Part shown: positions 21,930 through 35,622 of the stretch, in pieces
Layout of the letters: each line of letters opens with the position of its first letter
How positions within the stretch are numbered: the first letter of the stretch is position 1
From: Octopus bimaculoides
Lineage: Eukaryota
Direction of reading: 5' to 3'
DNA length: 38,711 nucleotides
Assembly (NCBI RefSeq): GCF_001194135.2
Contig: NC_068987.1
Span: forward strand, 70,884,781 to 70,923,491
The notes under the pieces: generated by a model
Database searches by the model: none
What the model saw: only the letters and a program-made list of their open reading frames with translations
What the model was told of the DNA's origin: nothing
Program-made: the position numbers and the translations under genes

Positions 21930-24900
21930 ACAAATATGTCTAACGAAACAAAAAGGAAAACTACAACAGTACACTAAATCGCTTGTCCTATGGTTAATCT
22001 AGAAGTGCGTCTCTCAGGAGAGAACAAGCCTAAGGTCGAAAAATTATTCACTGCCACAAGCTCTTCTCTGAATACGAACCTGGATGGTTACTTGAACAGG
22101 AACTGCCTCAACTCAAGCCCTCCACTCCACCATCTCACCCACCACAGAATGAAAAATGTAAGAGGATCAAATGCATCAGAGTATACAGAATTTAACATAC
22201 GCCTGTTACTTTAGGTAGGTAGGACATCTGAAGAGAAACACACAGCACACTTTCATCAAATACGGAGAACACGAAATCAAGACAGCATATTTGGATAAAA
22301 ACAAGTGAGCAATTGGTAAGAGGGATATCTTCAGAAATAAAAGACTCACAGTTAGTGAAATAACTGCGATCAAGCAAACAGCGGAAAATGACATTAATGT
22401 AAGACAGCAAGGAATTGAAGAACCAGACGAAGAAATCAACACTCCACGAGTCTCAATCGAAAGACTGCTATCTCACCAGAACACGCAAACGTCTGGAGAA
22501 ATAAATTGTAATGAACCTGATAAAGATAGCAAGGAATCCAGAAAAGGAAGAAAGATGAAGAGAAAACATAAATTATAACCAAGAGAAGAACTACTTTCCG
22601 TAAAAGAAATCATGCAACAAAATTCCAAGCAAAATCTGGAAGAATACGAAGATTTGAGAAGAGAAACACATTTTAGAAGCGAAATAAGCTTTTCACATCT
22701 CATGCGAAAACATTTTACAGAGAAATAGGGCCGAGAAAATAACTTTTGAAGCCCCGCTGCCATGGAAAAAGTTGAAAACGTCTCTTAAAATATCTGGAGT
22801 AATGAATTACAATGAAAATGCAGACTAGATTAAATACACAGAAGAATCTTACCAAAACTTAGAACAAGTATGGGAAGACGTCACAACAGCAGGCCAAATG
22901 ATGACACTCACGAAGGCTCATAAGTAGAAATCTGCTGGTAATGATAGGGTGCCAAATGTCTGGCTCACCTCGCTCCCGTCCTCACACGAAAAATTAGTTT
23001 TATTATTCAATGAAATTATGAGAGATCCTACGAAAACACCTGATTGGTTAGCAAGAGATATTAGCTACCTACTCCCGAAGAATAATGAAACTAAATTTCC
23101 CCAAAGGTATTGGCTCATAACATGTCTATCTACCACGTATAAAATTTTAACATCCATCCACGTGGAGAAGTCATACAAATTTATGGAATAGAACGTTATT
23201 TTGCTCACTGAACAAAATGCGTGCCGACGTGACTCATATGGATGCAAAGACCAACACTTAATCAATCGCATGATCCTTGAGAACTGTCATAATAAACACG
23301 GAAATCTCAGTTCTGCATGGATTGATTATAGAAATGCCTTCGACAGCATACTGCATTCATGGACCTTGAAATAGCTGGATATCTTCAAAATGTCTCCAGT
23401 AATTTCAAACTTCCTGAAGCACAATATGTCAATGTGGAATACGAATCTCCAGTTATACCACTCTAATGGAGTACTAACCACAACATATATTAATACCAAC
23501 TGCGGCATTTTTCAAGGTTACTGACTTTCACCTTTAACTTTCTGCATAGCCCTAATACCCTTTTAAGTAAACTTAGAAGATGAGGATATGGATATGCAAT
23601 TGGCAACAAGAAAATAAGTCATATATTTTATATGCATGATTTAAACTCTATAACAAAGACGATAATGAACTTGAAGGATTACCACGTACTGTGAAAGCAT
23701 TCAGTGATGACATTGGGATGGAATTAAGTCTTGATAAATGTGCCAAGGCCACTTCCCAGAAAGGGAAGTAGTGTTGGATATTGACACAGTCATAAAAGAA
23801 ATGGCGCAGGAACAAACTTACAAATACCTCGGAATAAATGAGGGCTCTGGCATTCTACATGCAAGTATGAAAGAAAAGATAAGGATGGAGTGGTACAGGG
23901 GAGTTCGAGCAGTCCTAAAATCCGAGTTAAATGCACGTAACAATGTGTTAGCTATAAATTCCTTAGCAGTTGAAGTTGTTACTTACAGTTTCAAATGTGT
24001 TGAACTAGAATATGAGCGAATAAGGATGATTGACAAGAAAATCCGTAAGCCGCTGACTTTACCTACCGAGAGCTCAAGGAGGTTGAGACTTACTCCAATT
24101 TGAAATCTCATGCAAAACCACCACAATTGGACTGACAAAATATCTCGAAATATCTAACGACTGGATGCTAAAGCACGTTGAAAATCATGAACGACGCAAG
24201 AAGCTTCATTCTCTTATGAAGGAGAGTAAAACATTTTCAAGTGAGTTTATGCATAACACCCAAATTGAACAGCATGAGAGAAGTGCAGCAACCGTAGTTG
24301 CAAAGAAAGTGAAATCAATAGCAAAGCAAAATGCGCTTGAACAATTGGGTGACAGGTGAGAACAAAAACCTCTGCTTGGCAGATATGTGGCCCGTAGCAA
24401 ACAGGCTGATGTAGACCAGAAGCACTACCATCAGTGGCTACGGAGCTCGGGGATAAAGGCAGAGAAAACTTTATCATAGATCAGAGCTTATTGACCCGGA
24501 ACTATCAAACCAATGTGATGAAATATAGTGTGGACCCAAAGTGATGATACTGAAACGATGGGATAGAAACAGTCAACCACCTATTTCAGGGTGCATGGTT
24601 TTAGCACCTGTAGAGTATAAATAATAACATGACAGAGTTGGCTAGTATCTACACTAGATAACGTGTTGGAATTATAAAATCAATGCTGCTGACAAATGGT
24701 ACAAGCACCACCCTGAGGCTGTAACTGTGGGAAAAATGTAACTATTCTTTGGGACTACCCAGTACATAAAGATAAGACCATCAAGGCAATGAAACCAGAT
24801 ATTGTTGTGAAAGACAGAAGCAATAAAATCTGTTGATTGACATGAGCATACCGTGACCATAATATTTCGGCAAAGGAATTTGATAAGCTCAGAAAATATA

Positions 24901-25308
24901 GAGATTTGCGAATCGAAATCGAAAAGATGTGGCATCTCAAGAGGGTTACAATACCAGTGATTGTAGGGGCCCTTATAATGATTAAAAATGGAACTAAAAT
25001 TTATTTAAGAATCACCCCTGGCTTACCGTCCATGCAGAAAGTGCAAAAGATCGTCTTAACTGGTACATCACATTTATTGAGAGGAGGTATCATTGCTGTG
25101 AATTTTTCTTTCCTTTTTTCCCCTTTATTTTATTTGTTTATTTGTTTCCATTTTTTTTATTTTTCTTCCCCTTTTTATCTCTCACACGTCTCTGTAAATG
25201 AACAATCTTGCGTTTGTTTTATTGGCCTACCAATGTATACAGTATGTTTCTCTGCCCCAGGTAACAGAAAGACACTCGACAAGAAATGGAAGCAGAATTG
25301 AAAGATGT
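21930..25308 (+). mobile_element. Near full-length decayed R4/Dong-clade LINE (copy E): N-terminal domain, RT, CCHC, RLE, 3' UTR
   Basis: YLDKNK*AIGKRDIFRNKRLTVSEI, GNDRVPNVWL, TPDWLARDISYLLPK, LITCLSTTYKILTSI, GCKDQHLINRMILENC, SAWIDYRNAFDSILHSW, GIFQG, IFYMHDLKL, DIGMELSLDKCAK, YKYLGINE, KSELNARNNVLAINSLAV, ETVNH, WDYPVHKDKTIKAMKPDIVVKD, KYRDLRIEIEKMW, IPVIVGAL and VQKIVLTGTSHLLR. The 5' UTR may extend upstream of 21930. Confidence 0.95.
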
Positions 25309-25472
<164 letters not shown>

Positions 25473-26929
25473 AGAAAATGATGACAATAATTGTCATCAT
25501 CGTGATAATTTATTTTTGAGAAAAAGGTTCATACATAAAATGAATGCAAAATGTTACACATATTTCTAGAATAATAAGGTGCATTAGATAAAATCAAAGT
25601 TTCTCAGTCAATGTATTAGACCCTCTATTGAGATCAGCATGATATTTGGGAAAAAATATTTGAAGAAACGTATTATATACAAAGAGAATTTATTCTCTAC
25701 CATTGAAACTGACATATGCACTGTAAGTATGAGATTTATTTTTGGTCAAACTTTTCCTCTCTCAACACCAAAAGTTTATGGCCATGGATATTTCACTCTC
25801 ATATACAAAAGATTGTGTGATGGCAGGTTAAACGTCTAAAGAGCTGATTTGTGAAAGAAGAAAGAAAAAGATAATGAAACAGCGACAGTGTTACTAAAAT
25901 CTTTAGTGAATGAAAGAGTTAACGCTGCCGTATTTCTCTTTGGATTTCTTGAATGAAGTTCTATTTACAAGTTAAAATTACCCATTTTGGAGACGGACAA
26001 ATATTACAAAACAATTTAGCCAGAAAAACAGTCAAAATGAATTTGTTTTATATTACGTTTAAATATTTGCTGTTACACAAGCGTGAGATTTTAAAAAGAA
26101 TACACCTTATCGTGAATAAAAATACATTTCTAAAACTTATCATTTAACACAGGGTTAATGCACGAACATGTGCCGTCTGGTATTTCACTGAAATGTTACA
26201 ATCATGTCATAGACAAAGACATGAATGCATAAATTTTCGAATTCCATCCTTTGCTACATACATTTCTGAAGAATGCAAACACTTTCAGAAATGTTAGTAG
26301 TTTTAAGTGGTCAGTCTAAATGTCTGAAATATCTGCCATATTTCTTTTAAAACGGCCAGGAATAGACTTCATAGTGGTGAAATTAGATTCTTCAATATAT
26401 ATGATACTTATGGACCTAAAATCTAAGCAAATGTAAATGTAAGGAATGCACTGAGTTTTAGAAATATGTAATGAAAAATCTTTGAAATAATTTTTTTGAT
26501 TAAATAATATGAAAATATTATTTATTAAGCTTCTGCTCAGAAGACATAAAGTAAATTTTGAAAGGTTAACCAAAGAAAGAGGACTTAAAATTACACCTTT
26601 TTTTCTTTTTTCTGAGAATGAATGTATTAGTAAAGTTTGTAATTATTTCACAGATTCATATTATGTAAAGTGAAGGTATTTTGTATTGAAGGTATCATGT
26701 TAAATGGACAAGCAATAACGTTGCCGTCAGCAAACACTGAGTATCGAAATAGTAATTATGTAATAATAAATTGTAATGTCATAAATTGACATTACAGCAT
26801 ACCTTGTTACAAAATCAATATAAATGAAATAGGAAGAACCATAATAGGATAAGATCTAAAGGAACCTTTAACATGGTTGCTATATACCTACTAAAAGAAA
26901 CAGGTAAAATTTATTTTCAGACGCACTAT

Positions 26930-27310
26930 AACATCTGAACAACAGAAAGCAGTGAATAGTACAACAGATGATTGTGACAGGCCGTCATCAGTGAGAATAC
27001 CTCAAAAATTGCAATTTTACTTCCTGCAATGCCGCCGTCTGCACTACACTATTTGTAGAAAATATTGAGAATATTCCCAAAAGACACCGTCATCATATAC
27101 ATAAGATGGCCAAAACTTGAACAGAACAATGCGACTCATACAAAAATCAAGAAAACGCCTGAAAATCAAATTGTGATACAACCATTGTAATTCAACTGCT
27201 TCTGCCTTATTCAACTTTATTCCGAAAAAATAGAATAAGATTATTGACTCATAAATCAAAGATAATATCGATGAATTCCTCCAAGAAATACCAGCCAAAC
27301 TACTGACACT
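26930..27310 (+). mobile_element. CR1/L2-type LINE 3' relic
   Basis: KLQFYFLQCRR (cf. KLxLYSLQRRR), YL*KILRIFP, ALFNFIPKK (cf. RLFNxLP) and KDNIDEFLQEIP (cf. KxxLDxFLxxIPD), in the expected order. Confidence 0.75.
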
Positions 27311-27964
27311 CAGAGAGAGAGCTCAGCTAGAACTCCTTACTAGAGTGAGTAAAACCTCACTTAAAACGCTACTCCAGCGGATGCTTCTAAGTAACTCAAG
27401 GCCTTCATCAAAATACTCAAAATCTCCCGAAATTATCTCAGTTAATTCCATAATTTCTGCTCATGTATGTGAATCGAAATTTTATTCCAGTTGCAATGTA
27501 TTATGTATCTTCTGTCAAACATTATTCGATCTTCTTGATGTCAAATATTATGCATTGACCTCATGATGTGCCTGAATATACTATTGACACTCACTGCTGC
27601 GTTTCTCTTTTAAAAGATAGAAAAAATACCTGAACACCATATGTATTTTAATGAACAAGTTTTCCAGTAGCTGAAAATAGAGACTTTTATTCTGTCCAGC
27701 TGCAATGCGAGCTAATCAGAATTGTATTACGATCACTATCTAGTTTTACTCCAACCCTCTTACAAGAAGCCCTGTGTGCGGAGTTATGAAATTTTCTGCA
27801 AATATTTCTATGATAGCCTCAGAAAGTCATTATATAATTTAGCAAAATTTACACAATTTTCTGCGTAAAAAATTATATATGAATATTGATACAGGTGTTA
27901 CTTCATTCTACTTACTAGTGCCTTGTTAGTATTGTTGAAGTGCATGTGTTCTCCATTGAACAGG

Positions 27965-28300
27965 AGAGCTATGCCGGAGGAAGAGAAATCTTCAGGTAAG
28001 TCTTACCAGGCCATACAGGTCGAAGAGTAGGAGACGGACAAAAGCTTAACGACAATAAATCGAAGCGTCGTCAGCAAGGTGTGGATTATGTTATCGGCAG
28101 GAACTAACAGATCAAATTCCTGGCTTTGAACCAGTAGGATGTCATGCAGAGGATCTTGAATACAAGACAATTGATGAGACCCTAATATTCCTAGTTAGAT
28201 GGAAACTGCGGGACCACATAGAGCAGCGCCATGTGAGTCATATAATATGCGGAACCATAACTCCTAGAAAGGGGCGTCCTATGGGACGATCTAGATGTGA
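27965..28300 (+). mobile_element. RTE-clade LINE 3' relic
   Basis: RRTK...NRSVVS, GFE...MQRILNTR and RWKLRDHIEQRHVSHIICGTITPRKGRPMGRSR parallel the RTE C-terminal TK.R...FE.WCxRRIL...RWxGH...GKRPRGRP series. Confidence 0.6.
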
Positions 28301-30755
28301 GAGATGAGATAGTATTTGAAGGAAACTACAACCAGTAATTTTATATGCATGAGATTATTCGTTCATTTAGAGAGATTCCAAATTGTTTTTTGAGCTTTAA
28401 CATTCAAATGTTTAGTCCATTACATTCTATGCGAGTCAACTTATTAGCAGAGAGATTCCATGAAATCCGAGCCAAGTCATCTCCCTTAAAGATACACATG
28501 AATATATGCTATGAGAATTGTCAAAAGGAAACAGATTAGAAAATTCAAATTTAACTCTGCCTCTTAGAAAACTATGCTTTCCGAAGGAATATTAAAGACA
28601 CTCCCCAAAACTTGAAGTCGTAACAAAGAGTATTCTTATCAATATATTAAATATGCATAGTCTCTAAAATAAATTTAATATACACTAGTAGTTATTTGAA
28701 TGCCATGGTTGTAGCTAGTAAACAAATGTAGAATTCTGTCTTCATACACACAAAAATTAAAAAAGTTTATCCCAACTTGTTTCATAGCTGATTGGATGCT
28801 TGTTGGAGGATAAATACCTCAAATACTTCTTACCAATAAAAAAGTATACCAATCGCTATTTGAATCGAGCCCCAAAAGGAAAACGCTATTTTGAAAACAG
28901 ATATGAAGTATCTAATTCAGCTGTGGAGAAAATACCCCTCACTATTACTTTTCTACTCATATTATCTAGAAATTATTTCAAAATTTAAATCAATTTTCCT
29001 GTGATACACTTTTGATGAGCAAAAGAATTAATGTTTGACGAATAACAAGCGAACCGAAGCACTAACTGCATAATTTCTAACAGTTTTCGGTAAAAATGAT
29101 TACATGTATTTACCAGAGTCAATAACTTCTGCTGCAGACTTGGCTTTATGGTTAGGAAATGGCTTTCCACCTTCGTGGTTTCAAGTTCAACACTACAGTG
29201 AGACCTAGCAAAGTAATTTTCTGGGGAAAGTCTTATACGCTGATTCCGGTAATTTGATGTCGTGTGAAAGACAATTGCGGCCAACTTTCTATTTTGGAGC
29301 AGTAAATTCAATCCATCCCCTGGTCAGACACCTCCACAGAGAACCTAAATACATACATTAACATATGTATTTAGTAAATATTGCAACCCTATTTCGACAG
29401 ATGTTACCCCGGCACAAATTACCATCATAGTTGGAAATGATTATACTTTCTTTTAGTCGACTAAATGTAGGTGAAAATGTTCTGCTCTAAGCCGGAATCT
29501 TCAATTGCATTTACTTGAACAACTAAAATTTAGATTGTTTACAGTTCGCTATGGCAATGTGCTTCAGTTTCGAGCCATATGTATCTATCGTATTGTAGGA
29601 TATTTGATTCATAATTGCAAAGTTCACATATTACACTTATAATTTGTATTCCATATATGTACAGAATCCAGTACAACATAGTTATATAATGCATTAAATC
29701 TAGAATTTATCTTTGACAAGGTAGGTTATACGTGCTAAATATATGCTAAAAAAATTACATTTACAAAAGTTCTAATCATAAATAAGCAGTTTAACGAAAC
29801 TTCGAAAACAATTCGTCGCCCATTCGGAAGATTTACAATACTAGGCCAACGTTTCCTAGATGCATAGGAATAGAGCATAGATTTTTTTCTTTACATTTAC
29901 CCGACTAAATTTACTTTCTCATCAGGCTTGTCATATGTATCTAATTTAGACAAAACAATAATTTCGGAATTGCCCTTTGCTCCTTAAATTATCTCCGTTA
30001 ATTTGCCTGCATGAAAATTAATTTTGTTTTGATTTCCAAATTTGAACAATGTTTTTATACAAGTTGAACCTTCATTAGTACTAGTTTCAATCATACGTTT
30101 CTTTTCTTAATTTATTATCCTTATTTTATTCCCCTAATCTCTTTTGGTCGGAAATAATTACGGTACGCGTTGATTATTTACTTTATACTTTAAAAATAAA
30201 AGCTACGTTGAGCACCAAATTCACTCTTTCGTTGATATACAGCTCGGCACAGGAAATTAATAGTACACGAACTTCAAAGAAACAATAACAATAACTAAAA
30301 TAGTCTCCACGTCGAATAAATAAGCTAGATTCCAATCAAATTAGAATACTGTCATCAGATAATGATTTATGTAATGAATTTTGCCCGTTAATATGATGGA
30401 TTTTAAAATCGTTTTTTGACTTAAATAGTTTACAGATGAACTAATACATTCTATTCAAATGAACTAATTCAACGTCTGTGAGAAACACACAGTGAAAACG
30501 GACATATGTAAGTATAAAAGTTTGACAACCTATTGTATATTCAGACGTACTAATATTTGTCTTATTCCATCTTTAAGAATGACATTCATAGTTTACGGTT
30601 ATTTCTTGCATGCGCACGTGGTCTTTTCCTTGAATACTGAAAACATGGTAATTTCAACTTGTTCTTTTAGTAGATTACTACTATATGTTTTAGTAAATTA
30701 AATAGTGGTCAGGAATTCTTGGAGTGGTTGTAGCTGTCGAATAACTAGCAGCAGT

Positions 30756-30775
30756 CATATATACATATGTGCATA

Positions 30776-30825
<50 letters not shown>

Positions 30826-31010
30826 NNNNNNNNNNNNNNNNNNNNNNNNNNNNNNNNNNNNNNNNNNNNNNNNNNNNNNNNNNNNNNNNNNNNNNNNNNN
30901 NNNNNNNNNNNNNNNNNNNNNNNNNNNNNNNNNNNNNNNNNNNNNNNNNNNNNNNNNNNNNNNNNNNNNNNNNNNNNNNNNNNNNNNNNNNNNNNNNNNN
31001 NNNNNNNNNN

Positions 31011-31045
<35 letters not shown>
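30756..31045. repeat. (TA)n / gap 30826-31010 / (TG)n
   Basis: Directly visible. Confidence 0.95.
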
Positions 31046-31047
<2 letters not shown>

Positions 31048-31704
31048 GTAGCTTGATACTGAGAAGGTATTGCCAAATATATAACGGTATGAATTGAGAC
31101 TCCTGTGGAAGATTGACACTGGTCTGAATATTTTAATATTTTAATTTGTAATTGACGACTCTAAAGTTTTATGATAACGTGCTTTTTATTTGTTGCATGT
31201 GAATCTATGGTCAACCAGTATTCACAGATAAATGAACATAATCCCGTCTTCATTCGTTTCTTTTCCCTCGTTTACCCTTTTTTTATCTATTTTTTACGCT
31301 TGTTACAATTATACAAATTTCTAAATTCACTATTTTACCGATATATTGATGAACATTTCCATTGATATGTTTCAAAGTATTTGCGTACAACATTGGATTG
31401 AAACAGTATTTAGCAAATTCCTTCTTAATACTTCTTTATAGAGATTTCGAGCTGTAAAATATCACATATAAATTATATTTTATTCAAGAAGTAATACCTG
31501 AAATCTACCTTGCTTTAAAGTGCCATGGCTTTGTATATTTAAACAGATTGTCAGTAAGATAAACATCCAAAATAATTTCTATAGGAAACGTGACATGTTT
31601 CCAAACTGGCTTCCTGTGAACTATAAACGAGATTATCAACATCTCTCACAACAAATTCGGTTTCAATTTAACAGATGATGAACAAAGAATTTTATTATTT
31701 ATTA

Positions 31705-32621
31705 TGAGGTGATATCAAAAAGATCCAGGCCTAGTTCTGTAGCGCGCCGACAGACGGCAGTATACGATTGCGTGTGCAGTGAGAACTAGCAGTGATCTTT
31801 GTGAGGCAGTGTGCCGAGTAACGTTGCTGTGTTTATTTCGTAAGTTGTGACATTTGTGTTTTGGTGATTACGTGTATGCTGTATTCTGCGATTTTTAACA
31901 CGAAGAGGAAGTTGTGATAATGATCCAACGTGGAATTTTACGTTAAACTGAAGATGTCTGTTACAGAGGAATTGAGTATGCTTTGGCAAGCTTACGAGGA
32001 CGCGGCAATGGGTCGTAGGCAATGTTTTGAGAGGCACGGGCGCTTCAAAAGTGGAAGATTCTCGCTGGAAGACGATGAGCGATTTGGAATACCAGCCACG
32101 AGCGGCACCGCCAGAAATCTGGAGAAAATTCATCAGCTTATGCATGAGGATCGTCAGAGGACATTCTTCGATATTGTTGATCTTGTTGGTCTGTCGCATG
32201 GCCCGCGCAAGCAATCTTAACGTCCAAGAATAATTGGATTATGCACGATGACAATGCACCCTGCCATCGAGCTCTCTTCACTCATGAGTTCTTCGCAAGA
32301 AAAATTCACGGTATCACTTCTGCACCTGTTCTAATCGCCAAATATAGCACTTGCGAACTTCCATCTCTTTCCGAAGATGAAAACGCAGTGCAAATGTCAC
32401 TGGTCTAATATTGTTGACTAGACCAAGAGGAAATCGCAGAAGGTCATCAAACCACTTACGGAAAACGAGATCCAGGCCGGATTTCAAATGTGGCAGGCAC
32501 GCTGGGACCGCTGTATTGCTGCACAGGGTGACTATTTCAAAGAAGATGATGTTAAAATTTAGGTAAATAAGTTATTCTTTATCAAACATAACTAGTCCAG
32601 GCCCTTTGTGATACCACCTCG
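31705..32621 (+). mobile_element. Mariner DNA transposon, internally deleted, with both 32-bp TIRs and TA TSDs
   Basis: TA-tgaggtgatatcaaaaagatccaggcctagtt ... aactagtccaggccctttgtgataccacctcg-TA (7 mismatches between TIRs). Transposase remnants: FYVKLKMSVTE, QCFERHGRFKSGRFSLEDDERFG, WIMHDDNAPCH, a decayed YSPDL-like motif and WQARWDRCIAAQGDYF. The central region is missing at about 32210. Confidence 0.95.
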
Positions 32622-32733
32622 TACATTTTCTACCATTCATAAGGTTAATTGATTGATGCTTTTTCTCCGTTAATCCTTTGTAGTAAACGATAGAGTAAGA
32701 CAAAGTTAGCGCTCGTATTAAAATCACGTGCTC

Positions 32734-33102
32734 TCAGGCGTGGTTCTGTGGTAAGAAGCTTGCTCCTAACCACGTGGTTCTGGGTTCAGTCTCACTGTGT
32801 GGCAAAACCAAATCTTGTGAGTGGATTCGGTAGACGGAAACTAATAGAAGCCTGTCATATTTATAAATGTGTACCTGTAAGTGTGTGCGTTTGTGTGCAT
32901 ATGTATATGTATGTGTACATGTGTTGGGCTGATTGTGTTCATGTAACTTAGCGGTTCGGCTATAGTAACTTATATAATAAGTACCAGCCTTTAATGAAAT
33001 AAGGTCAGGGGTCGATTTGTTCGACTAAAAATACATCTAGTTGGTGTACCAGCATGGCCGTAATCAAATGACTATAACAAGTGAGAGTTAAAAGATAAAA
33101 GA
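32734..33102 (+). mobile_element. Octopus tRNA-derived SINE with internal (TG)-like microsatellite and an internal deletion
   Basis: Pol III A-box-like tggttctgtggt (32741), B-box-like gggttcagtct (32782), body gtggattcggtagacggaaact...gtaacttagcggttcggc...ggggtcgatttgttcgactaaa...ccagcatggcc. Confidence 0.88.
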
Positions 33103-33184
33103 TTTAGTATATGTTCATTCGTTTCCAAGCTTAATTCCTGATTCTTTTATCTATTTTTTTGCGTGTTTCCCTCATTAACCTGTG

Positions 33185-33404
33185 TCCGTGATCGAACTCC
33201 GCCTTGAGGGATTTCTAGGTGAAGGAATCGACCACAGTACTTCCTTTTTTAAAGCTTAGTACTTATTCTATCGCTCCATTATTTGCCAAACCGCTATGTT
33301 ATGGGGAGGTAAACACGCCAATACCGGTTGTCAAGTGGTGCTGGTTACAAAAACAGGCACAAAGTCACATACACATACATGGTTGCATATATATATATAT
33401 ATAA
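33185..33404 (-). mobile_element. 3' half of the same SINE family in inverted orientation
   Basis: gaatcgaccacagtac...agtacttattctatcg...gccaaaccgctatgttatgggg is the reverse complement of 32940-33025 at about 70% identity by eye. Confidence 0.85.
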
Positions 33405-33974
33405 TAGAAATATGTTACAAAAACAAAATAGAAACTACACGAGGAAATGTAAGGGGAAAGTAAGAAGAAAAATAAGTGAAAATGCACATTGGAAATAAAA
33501 AAAAAAGTAAAGGCTTTTTAGGAAAAGTAACGATAGATATATACAATTAGATGAACTGAGGAAGGAATAAAAGTAATAAAAGTCATTATTGTGAGTTGTT
33601 AAAGAGATTCAAAAGCATACCGACTTCGCAACATTTCTAATCATTGATTTGAATGCACACCGAATACTGAACAGTGTCAGGTCTACTAGTCTCTGAGTAA
33701 AAAGATTACGTGTAAGGGAAGTAAGTAGTTCTGGATTTCGTGCAATTAGGGTAGATCTTGATCTGTAATGTGAATGGTGTATGGGATGTATGGGGGTTAG
33801 TGGTATTAAATGGAAGGTTAATATTATGTTATGTGTTCATAATTAGTCGAGGAAGATATTTATTGATGAAAATTGCCTCTTAATTCATTCTTTGTTGTAA
33901 TGAGGTGTTCTGTCAACATTCCAGAAAGAGAAACATACAGAAACAAAGTGAGAAAAATAGAAGCCACAGCTCCA

Positions 33975-34260
33975 GTAGAAGGCTGATAGTTTATTTCTCG
34001 ACCACAATAGAATTAAAGCCCAAGTTGATTTCGGCAAGACCTGACCTGAGGGTTGGCAGATGGGAAGGTTTCCGAAAAACAAGCTACCGGATGTCAGTTG
34101 GCTGCCTTGTAATTACTATCGTTTTGGAGTATTGAAGCTGATTATTCTATTGAACTACGATGAGATGAAAACAAGATAGGCCATCGCTGAATTTGAACTC
34201 TTAGAGAGAATCAAATAAAATCTACCGTGCCTATTTTGCCGATTTATAGATTTTTGCCTA
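33975..34260 (-). mobile_element. Two very degenerate SINE fragments of the 987-1195 family
   Basis: tttatttctcgaccacaatagaattaaagcccaagttgatttcggc and tattctattgaactacgatgagatgaaaacaagataggccatcgctgaatttgaactc. Confidence 0.45.
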
Positions 34261-34329
34261 TCATACAAGTAGTTAATATCATTCACAAATTAGAAAATTA
34301 GAAACAATCACAATATTTCCCTGCATTGT

Positions 34330-34753
34330 TGTACTCCGACCTCGAAGACGTCTCCGAATGCTAAATTGTAAACTTTGTTGACCTTCATAAGAAGTTCAAA
34401 AAGGAAACCTGCGTAACCTACAAGAATGGAAACAAATTTGTGTAAAAGAATGGGGGAAAATAAGCCCCATCACATGTAAAAAGTATTTAGGATACTATTC
34501 AAAGTACCTGCAAGCTCTCATCATAAGCAAGGTTCATGCAACAAACACTTATTTACTTGTTTTAAACTTATGCGTTTTGAATTTCAACTTTTTCCATATA
34601 ATTTTTTTCCGTTCATTATTATGTAATTCTGATTGTTGCATTAAATTTATTATGAAAAAATATCATAAATGGTGGAAATATCATTAACCCGCGTGAAATC
34701 AATATATGTAAACTTGGATTTTTTTGTGTTTTGTAAACTTTTGGGGGTCACTG
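34330..34753 (+). mobile_element. Tc1-like transposon 3' end (transposase C-terminus plus right end)
   Basis: NLQEWKQICVKEWGKISPITCKKYLGYYSKYLQALIISKVHAT from 34415 matches the Tc1 C-terminal pattern EEWxKIP...RLxAVIxAKG; ends ggggtcactg followed by TA (34754-34755). Confidence 0.75.
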
Positions 34754-35622
34754 TATAAGTGTTGCTTATGTCATTTATGAAATTACAACATAAAAAGACA
34801 CAAAACCGTCTCTTGAGAAATTTTTAACAGTTTCACCGCACTAATACAAATTGGTTTCTGACACAGAAATGCTATATAATTGTTACAGTCACGTGGTCGC
34901 TTGGTGCGATAAAACATTTAGCACTTGATCACACTATGTACTACTAAGTAATGAAAGGAAAGTGAATATCATAATATAATAGATTTGTACCTGGCTATCA
35001 GAATGCCGTTGAAAAGCACAAAAATCCATATAGATTAAATATAACGGGCGATAGGTACAAAAGATGTCATTCGCCGATCGACATTTTGTAAATAATCGCA
35101 GTGTATAATAGCAATCAGGCTAGGAATGAGAAACTATATTCTTATATAACTTTGTTCATTTACGTATGTTTCGAATTACTTGAAGAACTGTTTCTGGTTC
35201 ATACAGTGTGTTGTGTGTATAATCAAATAAGTTATTAATCAATCAATTAACAACAGTAATGTAACAGCCTCCCACCCCCACCAATCATTCTCATCAGATT
35301 ACAACAGTTATTCTGCGAGATTTTTCAAAATTTGCTACGTTCAAAATTCCTGGAAGTGAGATCGTAGATAACAGCCATAGCAGATTCACTTCCCTGATGT
35401 AGTATATCTTTGCCAAATTCATAAACTTGGGAGACCAAGATGAAATATTTTAGTTTGTGAGACTAAGCTTAGGGAAGCTTCTTGCCATTCAATGTTTCTA
35501 TTTAGAGACGACATTTTCTGACAGTACAACGTATACGTTAAACTAAAGAAAGCGGTTGGAAAATTGAAGGAATGTAAAGTAGGTGCAAAGTAAGACACTT
35601 TAGAATTTATAATATTGATGTA

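Noticed and set aside
26255-26295. CTGAAGA...GAAA resembling a hammerhead core
   Set aside because: Better explained as a simple ttctgaa/ttcagaa inverted repeat; no valid stem II, stem III or NUH triad.
27345-27600. Protein-like minus-strand stretch AEIMELTEIISGDFEYFDEGLELLRSIRWSS
   Set aside because: No recognisable family, stops upstream in frame and no convincing splice sites.
29905-29940. Minus-strand CTGATGAG
   Set aside because: No matching stem II or GAAA partner nearby.
33600-33670. Minus-strand TGATTAGA...TTGAAT in a repeat-like region, possibly a very old hammerhead
   Set aside because: Both core motifs are mutated; too degenerate to support.
35270-35335. Minus-strand CTGATGAG with an upstream GAAA
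   Set aside because: Stems I and III and a cleavage triad cannot be assembled.
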